From: an uncultured Cytophagaceae bacterium
Lineage (GTDB): Bacteria > Bacteroidota > Bacteroidia > Cytophagales > Microscillaceae
Direction of reading: 5' to 3'
Length of the DNA: 21,326 nt
Assembly (NCBI GenBank): GCA_964551015.1
Contig: CAZKBP010000003.1
Coordinates: 1-21,326 of the forward strand
In this document: piece after piece, positions 9,097 to 18,327 of the stretch
Numbering within the stretch: the stretch's first letter is position 1
How the letters are laid out: each line of letters starts with the position of its first letter
The notes under the pieces: generated by a model
What the model was told of the DNA's origin: nothing
What the model saw: the letters and a program-made list of their open reading frames with translations, nothing else
Database searches by the model: none
Program-made: the position numbers and the translations under genes

Positions 9097-9104
9097 TATC
9101 TTTG
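9097..9104 (+). promoter_or_regulatory. Candidate -7 box (TAtcTTTG) upstream of rpsA
   Basis: TATCTTTG matches TAnnTTTG, about 180 nt upstream of the rpsA ATG, which would give a long leader. No clean TTTG -33 lies at 19-21 nt spacing; the nearest TTG is 29 nt upstream. Weak call. Confidence 0.2.
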
Positions 9105-9286
9105 CCTCTCATTTCTAGGGATGCTCAGGAAAAATTTGTGTTTCTCTACCTTTTTTATTAGATTACAAATCTACCGTGAGATTGGCACCCTGTCTTGACA
9201 CATATTCTTAAATCTATTGTATCATCAAAAAAATTTAGTAGCGCTCTGTCCTAAATCACTTAAAAAAAGGAGCTTGGTTCAATCAT

Positions 9287-11065
9287 ATGAATAACATTGA
9301 AGAAGAATTTGACTGGGATAAACTAGAAACAAAAGGCTTTGGAGAAGGATACTCCGAAGAAGAAAGGGCTAAACTTGAACAACTTTACGATAATACCCTC
9401 TCAGAGGTAAACGAAAAAGAAGTAGTAAAGGGTACCGTCGTGGGTATTGCAGATCGAGACGTAATCCTTAATATCGGATTCAAATCAGATGGTTTGGTTC
9501 CTATCTCTGAGTTTCGAGATATGCCTGATTTGAAAGAGGGCGACGAGGTAGAAGTGTTTGTGGAAAATCAGGAAGATGCCAACGGTCAATTGATCCTCTC
9601 TCGCAGAAAAGCGAAAATCCTTACTGCTTGGGAAAAAATTCAGAGTGCCCTAGATAATGATGAGGTAATCGAAGGAGTAGTCAAGCGTAGAACTAAGGGT
9701 GGTCTAATCGTTGATATTTTCGGAATCGAAGCTTTCCTTCCCGGTTCTCAGATTGACGTGAAGCCGATCCGAGATTTTGACATATATGTAGGGAAGAAAA
9801 TGGAGGTCAAAGTTATTAAGATCAACTATGCCAACGATAACGTAGTGGTTTCGCATAAGGTACTGATCGAAAAAGACCTTGAAGAACAAAAAGCACAAAT
9901 CCTCAACAACCTTGAAAAAGGTCAAGTACTCGAAGGCGTTATCAAGAACATGACCAACTTCGGTGTTTTCATTGACTTAGGAGGCGTTGACGGACTATTA
10001 CACATTACAGATATCTCTTGGGGACGAATCAACCACCCCGAAGAATTATTGAATTTAGACCAAAAGGTAAACATAGTAGTACTAGACTTTGATGATGAGA
10101 AAAAGCGTATCTCTCTGGGTATGAAGCAATTAACTCCTCATCCTTGGGAATCCCTACCTGATGATATCCAAGTAGGTACCAAAGTCAAAGGAAAAATTGT
10201 TAATGTAGCTGACTACGGAGCCTTTTTAGAGGTAATTCCTGGCGTGGAAGGTCTAATCCACGTTTCTGAAATGTCTTGGTCACAACACCTGAGAAATCCA
10301 CAAGACTTTATCAATGTAGGGGACGAACTAGAAGCTGTGGTGCTGACCCTAGATCGTGAAGAAAGAAAAATGTCTCTGGGTATCAAGCAATTAATTGAAG
10401 ATCCTTGGACGAAGCCTGATATTCACGACAAATATTCAATTGGTTCCAAGCACACTGGAATCGTACGTAACCTGACTAGTTTTGGTCTTTTCTTAGAGCT
10501 TGAAGAAGGAATTGATGGTTTGGTTCACGTTTCAGATTTATCTTGGACCAAGAAAATCAAGCATCCTTCTGAGTTTGTGAAAGTGGGCGAAAATTTAGAG
10601 GTAGTTGTGTTGGAGTTGGATGTAGAAAACAAGCGCCTTGCCTTAGGACACAAGCAACTCGAAGAGAATCCTTGGGATACCTTTGAAACGGTCTTTACTC
10701 CTGGTTCTCAACATCGTTGTACGATTGTACAGAAAAACGACAAAGGAGCCATTTTGGAGTTGCCTTATGGTATTGAAGGCTTCTGTTCTACCAAATACTT
10801 AGTTAAAGAGGATGGTACAGAACCAGAAATCGGTGAGAGCTTAGATTTCGAAGTAACAGACTTCTCCAAGGATGAAAAGCGTATCATCCTTTCCCATACC
10901 AGAACTTACCGTAAGGAAGAGGCAAAAGAAGCGAAAAAGGCTAAGCCTACTAAGAAGCAACCCAAGAAAGCCACCGAGAAAGAAGAAAACAAGGCTACAT
11001 TGGGTGATCTGGAAGCCCTTTCCGAACTGAAGAAACAAATGGTCAAAGACGCTGACAATGACTAA
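9287..11065 (+). CDS. rpsA: 30S ribosomal protein S1
   Basis: 592 aa with six tandem S1 RNA-binding repeats (recurring G-x-V-x-G-x-V ... FGxFV/LE..GxxGLxHxS motifs). The Lys/Glu-rich C-terminal tail is typical of Bacteroidetes S1. ATG at 9287 is preceded by AAAGGAG 15 nt upstream. Confidence 0.95.
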   Translation: MNNIEEEFDWDKLETKGFGEGYSEEERAKLEQLYDNTLSEVNEKEVVKGTVVGIADRDVILNIGFKSDGLVPISEFRDMPDLKEGDEVEVFVENQEDANGQLILSRRKAKILTAWEKIQSALDNDEVIEGVVKRRTKGGLIVDIFGIEAFLPGSQIDVKPIRDFDIYVGKKMEVKVIKINYANDNVVVSHKVLIEKDLEEQKAQILNNLEKGQVLEGVIKNMTNFGVFIDLGGVDGLLHITDISWGRINHPEELLNLDQKVNIVVLDFDDEKKRISLGMKQLTPHPWESLPDDIQVGTKVKGKIVNVADYGAFLEVIPGVEGLIHVSEMSWSQHLRNPQDFINVGDELEAVVLTLDREERKMSLGIKQLIEDPWTKPDIHDKYSIGSKHTGIVRNLTSFGLFLELEEGIDGLVHVSDLSWTKKIKHPSEFVKVGENLEVVVLELDVENKRLALGHKQLEENPWDTFETVFTPGSQHRCTIVQKNDKGAILELPYGIEGFCSTKYLVKEDGTEPEIGESLDFEVTDFSKDEKRIILSHTRTYRKEEAKEAKKAKPTKKQPKKATEKEENKATLGDLEALSELKKQMVKDADND

Positions 11066-11082
11066 GCACTAGCTGGAAGGTC

Positions 11083-11131
11083 TAAAGGATAGGTGATAGA
11101 ATCTATCCTTTAGGCTTTATTCCACATTTTT
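11083..11131 (+). terminator. Rho-independent terminator candidate downstream of rpsA
   Basis: A perfect 9-10 bp inverted repeat TAAAGGATAG / CTATCCTTTA (11083-11092 and 11103-11112) with a 10-nt loop starts 18 nt after the rpsA stop. It is followed by a T-rich stretch (GGCTTTATTCCACATTTTTT). Confidence 0.5.
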
Positions 11132-11192
11132 TGGCACAGATTTCGGCCTTTCTTCCTAAAAGCCTTATATTTGCCAATCCTAACAATGAAAA

Positions 11193-11263
11193 GGTCGTGT
11201 GGCCGAGTGGCTAGGCAGAGCTCTGCAAAAGCTCGTACAGCGGTTCGAATCCGCTCGCGACCT
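11193..11263 (+). tRNA. tRNA-Cys (anticodon GCA)
   Basis: Folded manually. The 7-bp acceptor stem is GGTCGTG/CGCGACC with one G-U pair. U8 and A14 are present. The D-arm has a 3-bp stem and a GG-containing loop. The anticodon stem GAGCT/AGCTC closes the loop CTGCAAA, giving anticodon GCA with U33 and A37. Variable loop is 4 nt. T-arm is AGCGG-TTCGAAT-CCGCT. Discriminator is U73, the expected base for tRNA-Cys. CCA is not encoded (CC then T). A T-run follows. Confidence 0.85.
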
Positions 11264-11481
11264 CCTTTTTATTGCCACCTTTTCAAGAAATCCTTCCTCA
11301 GTTGTTATCTCTCCCCTCCCTACATCGAGACCCTCGTTGTTTCAATTTATAATCGTTCTATATAAGACTACACTCAGGGAAAGTTCTTGAGAGTACTTGA
11401 GTTTTAGCCACTTCTCCCCGAAATTGCAAGAAATTTCTTAACGTTTAAGAGCGGTTTTTCTTGCACATTCCTCGGCCAAAT

Positions 11482-11512
11482 TTTGCCAAATAAAAAATGT
11501 GTTGTAGTATTG
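11482..11512 (+). promoter_or_regulatory. Candidate Bacteroidetes sigma-A promoter for the act operon (-33 TTTG ... 19 nt ... -7 TAgtATTG)
   Basis: TTTG at 11482-11485 and TAGTATTG at 11505-11512 (7 of 8 matches to TAnnTTTG) are separated by 19 nt, within the 19-21 nt consensus spacing. The predicted transcription start near 11520 would give a leader of about 120 nt before the actA ATG at 11638. Confidence 0.3.
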
Positions 11513-11637
11513 CTCGGAGTCCCACAATTAAACAAACAAAGATCCACTCAGCCCGTTAAGGAATAAAGGAAAATTCAGAAAATTTTGAAAGTATAATTTA
11601 TCATAATTATCAGGAAAAATAAAGAGCTTACAATTAA

Positions 11638-12978
11638 ATGCATACGTTCAATCAAATCACAAAATATTCTATCTCTCCAAAGAGATATTTCTTCCTAACG
11701 CTCTTGTTTCTAGGGTTATCCCTAGGGCTAGCTTGGGCACAAGGAGGTGATACAACTGCTACTGACGGTGAAGGAGAGGCTTCTACCGAAGAAGCCACTG
11801 CCACCGGAGACCAGCCCAGCCCTGAGGTATTAGCCAAAGGGGAGGAGCTTTGGGAAAATAACTGTACTTCTTGCCACGCTTTGACCGAAGAGGTGGTAGT
11901 CGGCCCTGGCTTATACAATGTATGGGAAAGAACGCCTAGTCGCGAATGGCGCATCAACTGGATTAAGAACTCCCAAGCGATGGTACAGGCTGGCGATGAC
12001 TACGCTGTCAAAATCTTCAATGAATACAACCAAAACGTCATGACCAGCTTCCCTTGGCCTACCGAGGATATTGAAGCGGTTTTGGATTACATCAAAGTAG
12101 CCAGCGTTGAGGCGATGAATCCACCCAAGGCTGACGGTGGTGGAGGAGATGGAGAAGAGCCTGTTGTAGGAACCAACCCTGCCCTTGGTAACTATTTCAA
12201 CATTTTACTAGGGGTAATGGTCTTGGTACTTGCCTTGATCGTGGTGGTCTTGATCTTGATGCTTTCTATATTGAAGCGTTTCATTGAGCAGAAAGAAGGT
12301 GGACAAGCGGCCGAAGTAGGAGCAGGTGAGGATGAGGAAAAATCCTCTTTCAATCTGGGCAAACTGGTTCAAAACCGCGCTTTCATCAACGGTGTAGGAT
12401 TAGTTTTTACCTTAGTGGTACTAAAAGCCGTCCTAGATAGCCTGATCGGAGTAGGTATTCAGCAAGGATATGCCCCTACCCAACCCATTCCTTTTTCGCA
12501 CAAGCTACACGCAGGAATGTACGAGATCGATTGTAATTATTGCCATACAGGCGTGAATAAAGGTAAATCTGCCGTGATTCCATCCGCCAATATCTGTATG
12601 AATTGCCACAATGCCATCAAGCGTGAATCTCCATATATCAAGAAAATATACGAGCACATTGAGAATGACGAACCAATTGAATGGGTGAGAGTACACAACT
12701 TACCGGACTTGGCATACTTTAATCACGCCCAACACGTCAACGTAGCAGGGCTTGAATGCGAGAATTGCCACGGTGAAATCAAGCAGATGGAAGTAGTGCA
12801 ACAGAGAGCCCCGTTGACCATGGGATGGTGTATCAACTGCCACCGCCAAACGATTATGGATCATGCCGAAGACAATGAGTATTATGATCGTCTGATTGAA
12901 TACCACGATGCGAATAGCAATAATCCTATGACCGTGGAAAACATTGGTGGCTTGGAGTGTTCAAAGTGTCATTACTAA
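11638..12978 (+). CDS. actA: Alternative complex III subunit ActA, multihaem cytochrome c (six CXXCH: N-terminal class-I cyt c module + pentahaem domain)
   Basis: 446 aa. An N-terminal hydrophobic signal/anchor (FFLTLLFLGLSLGLAWA) is followed by a monohaem domain with CTSCH at residues 76-80. A Gly/acidic linker, TM helix (YFNILLGVMVLVLALIVVVLILMLSIL), charged loop of about 35 aa and a second hydrophobic helix come next. The C-terminal domain has five CXXCH motifs (CNYCH, CMNCH, CENCH, CINCH, CSKCH) in the NrfB/ActA-like pentahaem arrangement. It is the first gene of the actABCDEF cluster. Confidence 0.85.
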   Translation: MHTFNQITKYSISPKRYFFLTLLFLGLSLGLAWAQGGDTTATDGEGEASTEEATATGDQPSPEVLAKGEELWENNCTSCHALTEEVVVGPGLYNVWERTPSREWRINWIKNSQAMVQAGDDYAVKIFNEYNQNVMTSFPWPTEDIEAVLDYIKVASVEAMNPPKADGGGGDGEEPVVGTNPALGNYFNILLGVMVLVLALIVVVLILMLSILKRFIEQKEGGQAAEVGAGEDEEKSSFNLGKLVQNRAFINGVGLVFTLVVLKAVLDSLIGVGIQQGYAPTQPIPFSHKLHAGMYEIDCNYCHTGVNKGKSAVIPSANICMNCHNAIKRESPYIKKIYEHIENDEPIEWVRVHNLPDLAYFNHAQHVNVAGLECENCHGEIKQMEVVQQRAPLTMGWCINCHRQTIMDHAEDNEYYDRLIEYHDANSNNPMTVENIGGLECSKCHY

Positions 12979-13052
12979 TCAAAAACTAATTCAAAAGATA
13001 CTCTATAAGGGCTTGTGTGTGAACCACAAAGCCCATCTTTTCTAGTAAAATT

Positions 13053-16000
13053 ATGGAAAATAACAATAAAAGATATTGGAAAGGCATTGAGGAACTCACC
13101 AATGATATTGATTTTGTAAAGAAGGCAGAAAAAGAGTTTCCCGATTATCTTCCCGTAAAAGAACATAGAGGCGAAACCGAATCTTTTTTGGAAGGCGGAC
13201 GCCGAGATTTCCTCAAACTACTAGGTTTCAGTGTAGCAGCTGTTTCTGTGGCTGCTTGCGACGCTCCCGTCAAGAAGGCAATTCCCTACCTCAACAAACC
13301 AGTTGATGTAGATCCTACGATTCCTAATTACTATGCTTCCACTTATTTCAAAGATGGAGAATATGCCAGCATCTTGGTCAAAACCCGAGAAGGCAGACCT
13401 ATCAAAATTGAAGGTAATAACCTCTCTAAAATTACGAATGGAGTAGGAAGTGCTCGTGTACAGGCATCAGTACTAGACTTATATGACATAAGTCGTTACC
13501 AAGGTTTTGCTAAGAAAGACGGAAAGGTTCCTGAGAAGAAAGAAGACATCCTCGCTCAAAACGAAGCTATCGATAAAGAAATTAAGCAGAAGCTGGCTTC
13601 TTCACGCAATATTCGGATCGTATCTCCTACGATTATTAGCCCTTCTACCAAGGCGGCTATTCAAGAATTTAAAAATAAGTATCCTTCCACGGAACACGTG
13701 ATGTATGATGCTTCTTCCGCCGGGGGAATGCTCAAAGCAAACCAAGCTTCCTTTGGTCAGGCGGTGCTTCCCACTTATGACTTTTCCAAAGCAAAGGTTA
13801 TCGTGAGCTTTGGGGCTGATTTTTTGGGTACTTGGCTCTCACCTACAGAATTTGCTTATCAATATGCTCAAAACCGTAAATTGGGGAAAGATAGCAAGGA
13901 AATGTCTCGCCATTTTCAATTTGAGTCCAATTTGTCGGTAACTGGCGCTAATGCAGATTACCGTGTGCGTATCAAACCCTCCCAAGAGGGTCTGGTGGTA
14001 GCTTCACTTTACAAGAAACTGACTGGCTCTGATAAATTTAAGGATGCTAGAATTGACAAAATGCTAGACAAGGTGGCCAAAGAACTGAAAGCCGCGAATG
14101 GTAAAGCTTTGGTCGTAAGTGGCTCTGATGATCACAATGTACAAACGGTGGTCAATGCCATTAACAATCGCTTGAACAGCTACGGTAACACAATTTCTCT
14201 AGAAACTCCATCTTACACGCATCAGGGAATGCCTGAGCAAATGGACGGCTTCATTGAAGATGTAAAAAGCAACAAGGTAGATGCAGTTATTTTTTATGGA
14301 GTAAATCCAGTTTACTCACACGCCAGAGGAGAAGAATTGCAAAGTGCCCTCAAGAATGTGGCATTAAAAATCTCTTTGGCTCAAACTCCCGATGAAACTA
14401 CTGCTCTTTGTGATTATGTTTGTCCAGACAACCATTACTTAGAGTCTTGGAATGATGCTGAGCCTCGTCGAGGGCATTTTAGCTTGACCCAACCGGCCAT
14501 TACAAATATTTACCAAACTCGTCAAGCACAACAAAGCCTCTTAACTTGGGCAGATAATAAGCAAGATTTTTACGATTATATACGTAATTACTGGAATCAA
14601 AATCTTCTTGGAATCAGTGGTTTTAATTCCTCCGAAGATTTCTGGAATCGTGCCTTACACGACGGAATTTTTCAGGCTACGTCTGCTCCAGTGCAAGTAC
14701 AAACAGAAGAGGGCGATGAAGAAACTCAAGAAGCCGAAGGCGGAACTACCATCGGAGGATTCAGCGGGGATGTTAATGGAGCGATTGCTGACATTAATAA
14801 AGATTATAAAGCCGACTCCAAAGATTTAGAGCTAAGCTTGTATCAAAAAGTAGCGATCGGAACAGGAACTCAGGCCAACAACCCTTGGCTACAAGAAATG
14901 CCTGATCCGATTTCTAAGGCTTGCTGGGGCAATTACTTATGTATTTCTCAGAAAACTGCCAATGAGCTAGACCTAAGTCAGGAAGATGTAGTAAAGGTTG
15001 AGGCCAAAGGCTTTTCCTTTGAAGCACCAGTACTAATTCAACCCGGACAAGCCGAAGGCAGTGTAGCAATTGCACTGGGCTATGGTAGAAAAGTATCCGG
15101 TAAAGTAGGACAAGAGGTAGGAGTAAATGTAGCTCCCTTATCCAACCAATCTTATGTGAGTGGCATCAAGATAACCAAAACTGGTGAACGAGACCGTATT
15201 GCACAGACACAGACGCACCATACAATCATGGGACGTAATATCATTCAAGAGTCTACGCTCAAGCAATACCAGAAAGACCCCGCGGCAGGCAGAGAATATA
15301 CTTATATTCATACTCCCGAAGGACTCAAAAGACCTACCGAAATCACCCTTTGGAAAGGGCATACTTATCCCAATCACTCTTGGGGTATGAATATTGACTT
15401 GAATTCTTGTATCGGCTGTGGAGCTTGTACCATTGCTTGTCAGTCTGAAAATAATATCCCCGTAGTGGGTAAAAAAGAAGTACTGATGCGTCGGGAAATG
15501 CACTGGATTCGCATTGACCGCTATTACAGCTCCGATGCAGAAGAAGGAGACTTGTCTGGTATGGAAGATGCCGCAGAAAATCCTGAGGTTACTTTTATGC
15601 CGATGATGTGCCAGCATTGTAATAATGCTCCTTGCGAAACTGTATGTCCTGTATTAGCTACCACGCACAGCACCGAAGGCTTGAACCAGATGACTTATAA
15701 CCGCTGTATCGGAACACGTTACTGCGCTAATAACTGTCCTTATAAAGTAAGACGATTCAACTGGTTCCACTACGCCGAAGATAAGCGTTTTACAGATATC
15801 AACTACCAACAAACCAGTGATTTGGGTAAAATGGTGTTGAACCCAGACGTAACCGTACGCTCTCGTGGGGTGATGGAAAAGTGTACCATGTGTATCCAAC
15901 GTATTCAGGCAGGTAAGCTAGAAGCCAAGAAAGAAAAACGTGAGGTACGTGATGGGGAAATCAAAACTGCTTGTCAGCAAGTCTGCCCCACTCAAGCCAT

Positions 16001-16247
16001 TACTTTTGGAGATATGAATGATGCTTCTAGCCAATTGACCCAAGCCCTCGGAATTACCGATAAGGTGGAAGAACAAGTGGCTGAGAAAAAACATAATACA
16101 GAAAAAGTTATCAATGAGCCTCGTGCTTATCACGTACTGGATGAAATCAACGTGAAACCTCAAATTACTTATCTGACTAAAATCCGCAACAAGGATGAGG
16201 CAAAAGAAAGTAAAGGAGGCCATAGCGCAGGAGGCCACAGCTCATAA
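13053..16247 (+). CDS. actB: Alternative complex III subunit ActB (fused molybdopterin-oxidoreductase-like B1 and 4Fe-4S ferredoxin-like B2 domains, Tat signal)
   Basis: 1064 aa. A twin-arginine motif GRRDFLKLLGF is followed by a hydrophobic h-region and AAC. A large MopB-like domain without an obvious Mo-bisPGD cysteine ligand fits the ActB family. The C-terminal part has four Cys clusters (CIGCGACTIACQSEN..., CQHCNNAPCETVCP, CIGTRYCANNCP, CTMCIQRI...CQQVCP) typical of the PsrB/NrfC-like Fe-S subunit. Confidence 0.9.
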   Translation: MENNNKRYWKGIEELTNDIDFVKKAEKEFPDYLPVKEHRGETESFLEGGRRDFLKLLGFSVAAVSVAACDAPVKKAIPYLNKPVDVDPTIPNYYASTYFKDGEYASILVKTREGRPIKIEGNNLSKITNGVGSARVQASVLDLYDISRYQGFAKKDGKVPEKKEDILAQNEAIDKEIKQKLASSRNIRIVSPTIISPSTKAAIQEFKNKYPSTEHVMYDASSAGGMLKANQASFGQAVLPTYDFSKAKVIVSFGADFLGTWLSPTEFAYQYAQNRKLGKDSKEMSRHFQFESNLSVTGANADYRVRIKPSQEGLVVASLYKKLTGSDKFKDARIDKMLDKVAKELKAANGKALVVSGSDDHNVQTVVNAINNRLNSYGNTISLETPSYTHQGMPEQMDGFIEDVKSNKVDAVIFYGVNPVYSHARGEELQSALKNVALKISLAQTPDETTALCDYVCPDNHYLESWNDAEPRRGHFSLTQPAITNIYQTRQAQQSLLTWADNKQDFYDYIRNYWNQNLLGISGFNSSEDFWNRALHDGIFQATSAPVQVQTEEGDEETQEAEGGTTIGGFSGDVNGAIADINKDYKADSKDLELSLYQKVAIGTGTQANNPWLQEMPDPISKACWGNYLCISQKTANELDLSQEDVVKVEAKGFSFEAPVLIQPGQAEGSVAIALGYGRKVSGKVGQEVGVNVAPLSNQSYVSGIKITKTGERDRIAQTQTHHTIMGRNIIQESTLKQYQKDPAAGREYTYIHTPEGLKRPTEITLWKGHTYPNHSWGMNIDLNSCIGCGACTIACQSENNIPVVGKKEVLMRREMHWIRIDRYYSSDAEEGDLSGMEDAAENPEVTFMPMMCQHCNNAPCETVCPVLATTHSTEGLNQMTYNRCIGTRYCANNCPYKVRRFNWFHYAEDKRFTDINYQQTSDLGKMVLNPDVTVRSRGVMEKCTMCIQRIQAGKLEAKKEKREVRDGEIKTACQQVCPTQAITFGDMNDASSQLTQALGITDKVEEQVAEKKHNTEKVINEPRAYHVLDEINVKPQITYLTKIRNKDEAKESKGGHSAGGHSS

Positions 16248-16286
16248 AAAGAAATAAATTATCGAATACATAGATTCACTATAAAT

Positions 16287-17741
16287 ATGCAATATACATC
16301 ACCCGTAAGAGAACCACTCGTGGAAAGGCAAAAGCGCGATGGCTATCGTCCCACGACTTATCACGATATTACCAATGATATATGCAGACAGGTAGAAGCC
16401 GCTCCTAATATTCGCTGGATGGCAGGTATGGCCATCTCCCTCATTGTTCTAGGGTGGGGAAGCTATACCCTATACCGTACTTGGTTTTTTGGAATTGGCG
16501 AATGGGGACTCAACAAAACCGTAGGATGGGCCTGGGATATCACCAATTTCGTATGGTGGGTAGGAATCGGGCACGCTGGTACTTTGATCTCTGCCATTTT
16601 GTTGCTTTTCCGCCAGAAATGGAGAACCTCTATCAACCGCGCTGCTGAGGCGATGACGATTTTTGCTGTACTTTGTGCAGGTACTTTTATCCTGATGCAC
16701 ATGGGAAGACCTTGGTTAGCTTACTGGGCTTTACCCCTTCCTAACACGTACGGTTCTCTGTGGGTAAATTTCAATTCACCACTTGTTTGGGACGTTTTTG
16801 CCATTAGCACCTACTTGACGGTTTCTCTCGTGTTCTGGTATATTGGATTGATTCCAGATTTAGCTACGATTCGCGAGAGAGCTAAGAATCCAATCGCTCG
16901 TTTTATTTATGGCTTGTTAAGTTTTGGTTGGACAGGTTCTGCTAAAACTTGGGCACGTTATGAGATGGTTGCCTTGGTACTAGCTGGACTTTCTACGCCA
17001 CTTGTACTTTCTGTACACACCATTGTAAGTTTTGACTTCGCCACCTCGGTCATTCCTGGATGGCACACTACCATTTTCCCTCCTTACTTCGTAGCTGGAG
17101 CTATTTTCTCTGGTTTTGCGATGGTATTGACGCTGATGCTGATTACACGTTATGTTTTCAAGCTTGAAGCTTACATCACGATTGGGCACATCGAGTCTAT
17201 GAACAAGATTATCCTATTGACTGGTTCTATCGTGGGAATTGCTTATTTGACCGAGTTTTTCATTGCTTGGTACTCGGGAGTAGAGTATGAGCAATATGCC
17301 TTCATCAATCGTGCTACTGGGCCTTATTGGTGGGCATACTGGTCTATGATGACTTGTAACGTGATCTCACCTCAGTTCTTCTGGTTCCGCTCTATGCGTA
17401 GAAATATCTACGTTACTTTTGCCCTTTCCATTGTGGTAAATATCGGAATGTGGTTCGAGCGTTTCGTGATTATTGTTACTTCACTACACCGCGATTACAT
17501 ACCTTCTAGCTGGGCCATGTTTTATCCGACTTATGTAGATGTAGGAGATTACCTTTTCACATTTGGTTTCTTCTTTACCGCCTTTTTGCTGTTTGCGAAG
17601 TTCTTGCCTGTTATCAACATGGCAGAAGTAAAAGCGGTATTAAAATCGTCTACGGATGATGCAGCTGCCCAATACGTAAAAGAACCTGCAAAAGAAGAAA
17701 AAGCTGTGCAAGGTGAAGGTCAAACCCTGAAATCAGAATAA
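16287..17741 (+). CDS. actC: Alternative complex III subunit ActC (NrfD/PsrC-like quinol-interacting membrane subunit)
   Basis: 484 aa polytopic membrane protein of about 10 TM helices, Trp/Tyr-rich, following actB; this is the NrfD-family fold and position of ActC. The hydrophilic C-terminal tail is [15 protein letters not shown]. Confidence 0.9.
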   Translation: MQYTSPVREPLVERQKRDGYRPTTYHDITNDICRQVEAAPNIRWMAGMAISLIVLGWGSYTLYRTWFFGIGEWGLNKTVGWAWDITNFVWWVGIGHAGTLISAILLLFRQKWRTSINRAAEAMTIFAVLCAGTFILMHMGRPWLAYWALPLPNTYGSLWVNFNSPLVWDVFAISTYLTVSLVFWYIGLIPDLATIRERAKNPIARFIYGLLSFGWTGSAKTWARYEMVALVLAGLSTPLVLSVHTIVSFDFATSVIPGWHTTIFPPYFVAGAIFSGFAMVLTLMLITRYVFKLEAYITIGHIESMNKIILLTGSIVGIAYLTEFFIAWYSGVEYEQYAFINRATGPYWWAYWSMMTCNVISPQFFWFRSMRRNIYVTFALSIVVNIGMWFERFVIIVTSLHRDYIPSSWAMFYPTYVDVGDYLFTFGFFFTAFLLFAKFLPVINMAEVKAVLKSSTDDAAAQYVKEPAKEEKAVQGEGQTLKSE

Positions 17742-17766
17742 AATTATAACTAACTAGTCAAAGATT

Positions 17767-18303
17767 ATGGCTGATACAGAAAAGAAAAAATACTTGGTTG
17801 GCATCTTTGATGATGAAGATGCCCTCATTCCAGCCGTGAAGAGTATTCGTAAGAAAGGAATCAAAATTCACGAAGTATATACGCCTTATCCAGTACACGA
17901 CTTAGAGCATTATCTAGGCTACAAGCGTACTCGCTTAGCCAAAGCTGCTTTTATGTTTGGTGCTTTGGGTACTTTCCTAGCCATCTTAATGCAAACCTAC
18001 ATGTTGGGCTTCGCTTGGCCAATGGTCATTGGAGGGAAAGACTTCGTAGCACCACCCGACTTTGTGCCCGTTACATTTGAGCTCACTGTACTTCTATCTG
18101 CTTTGGGCATGGTGGGAACCTTTTTGGTATCCAATGGCTTAGGCCCTGGTCAAAAAGCTAAAATGTTTGACCCTCGTAGTACAGATGACAAGTTTGTGAT
18201 GGCCATTGAGCTAGATCGCAATAAAGATTTCAGCAAAGATGACTTAGAGAAGGTGCTAACAGACCTAGGTGTTTCGGAAAGCCCCAAAGAGAAAGAACTT
18301 TAA
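17767..18303 (+). CDS. actD: Alternative complex III subunit ActD (DUF3341-type membrane protein)
   Basis: 178 aa with a soluble N-terminal domain (YLVGIFDDEDALIPAVKSIRKKGIKIHEVYTPYPVHDLE) and two TM helices. Its position between actC and the monohaem cytochrome gene matches actD. Confidence 0.8.
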   Translation: MADTEKKKYLVGIFDDEDALIPAVKSIRKKGIKIHEVYTPYPVHDLEHYLGYKRTRLAKAAFMFGALGTFLAILMQTYMLGFAWPMVIGGKDFVAPPDFVPVTFELTVLLSALGMVGTFLVSNGLGPGQKAKMFDPRSTDDKFVMAIELDRNKDFSKDDLEKVLTDLGVSESPKEKEL

Positions 18304-18327
18304 GAAACGAAGACTTACAAAGGAAAA

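Noticed and set aside
11171-11390. Two overlapping 63-64-aa ORFs
   Set aside because: They overlap the tRNA-Cys gene and the AT-rich spacer. They read through the tRNA sequence and are not plausible proteins.
11266-11637. 372-bp non-coding spacer before actA as a possible small RNA, riboswitch or integration remnant
   Set aside because: It has no recognisable riboswitch core, no repeat of the tRNA 3' end and no ORF with a credible start. Only the promoter and dyad element reported above stands out.
15138-16238. 159-aa and 106-aa ORFs on the minus strand inside actB
   Set aside because: They are antisense to the Fe-S cluster region of ActB. The translations are Cys/His-rich only because they mirror the CxxC codons; no start context supports them.
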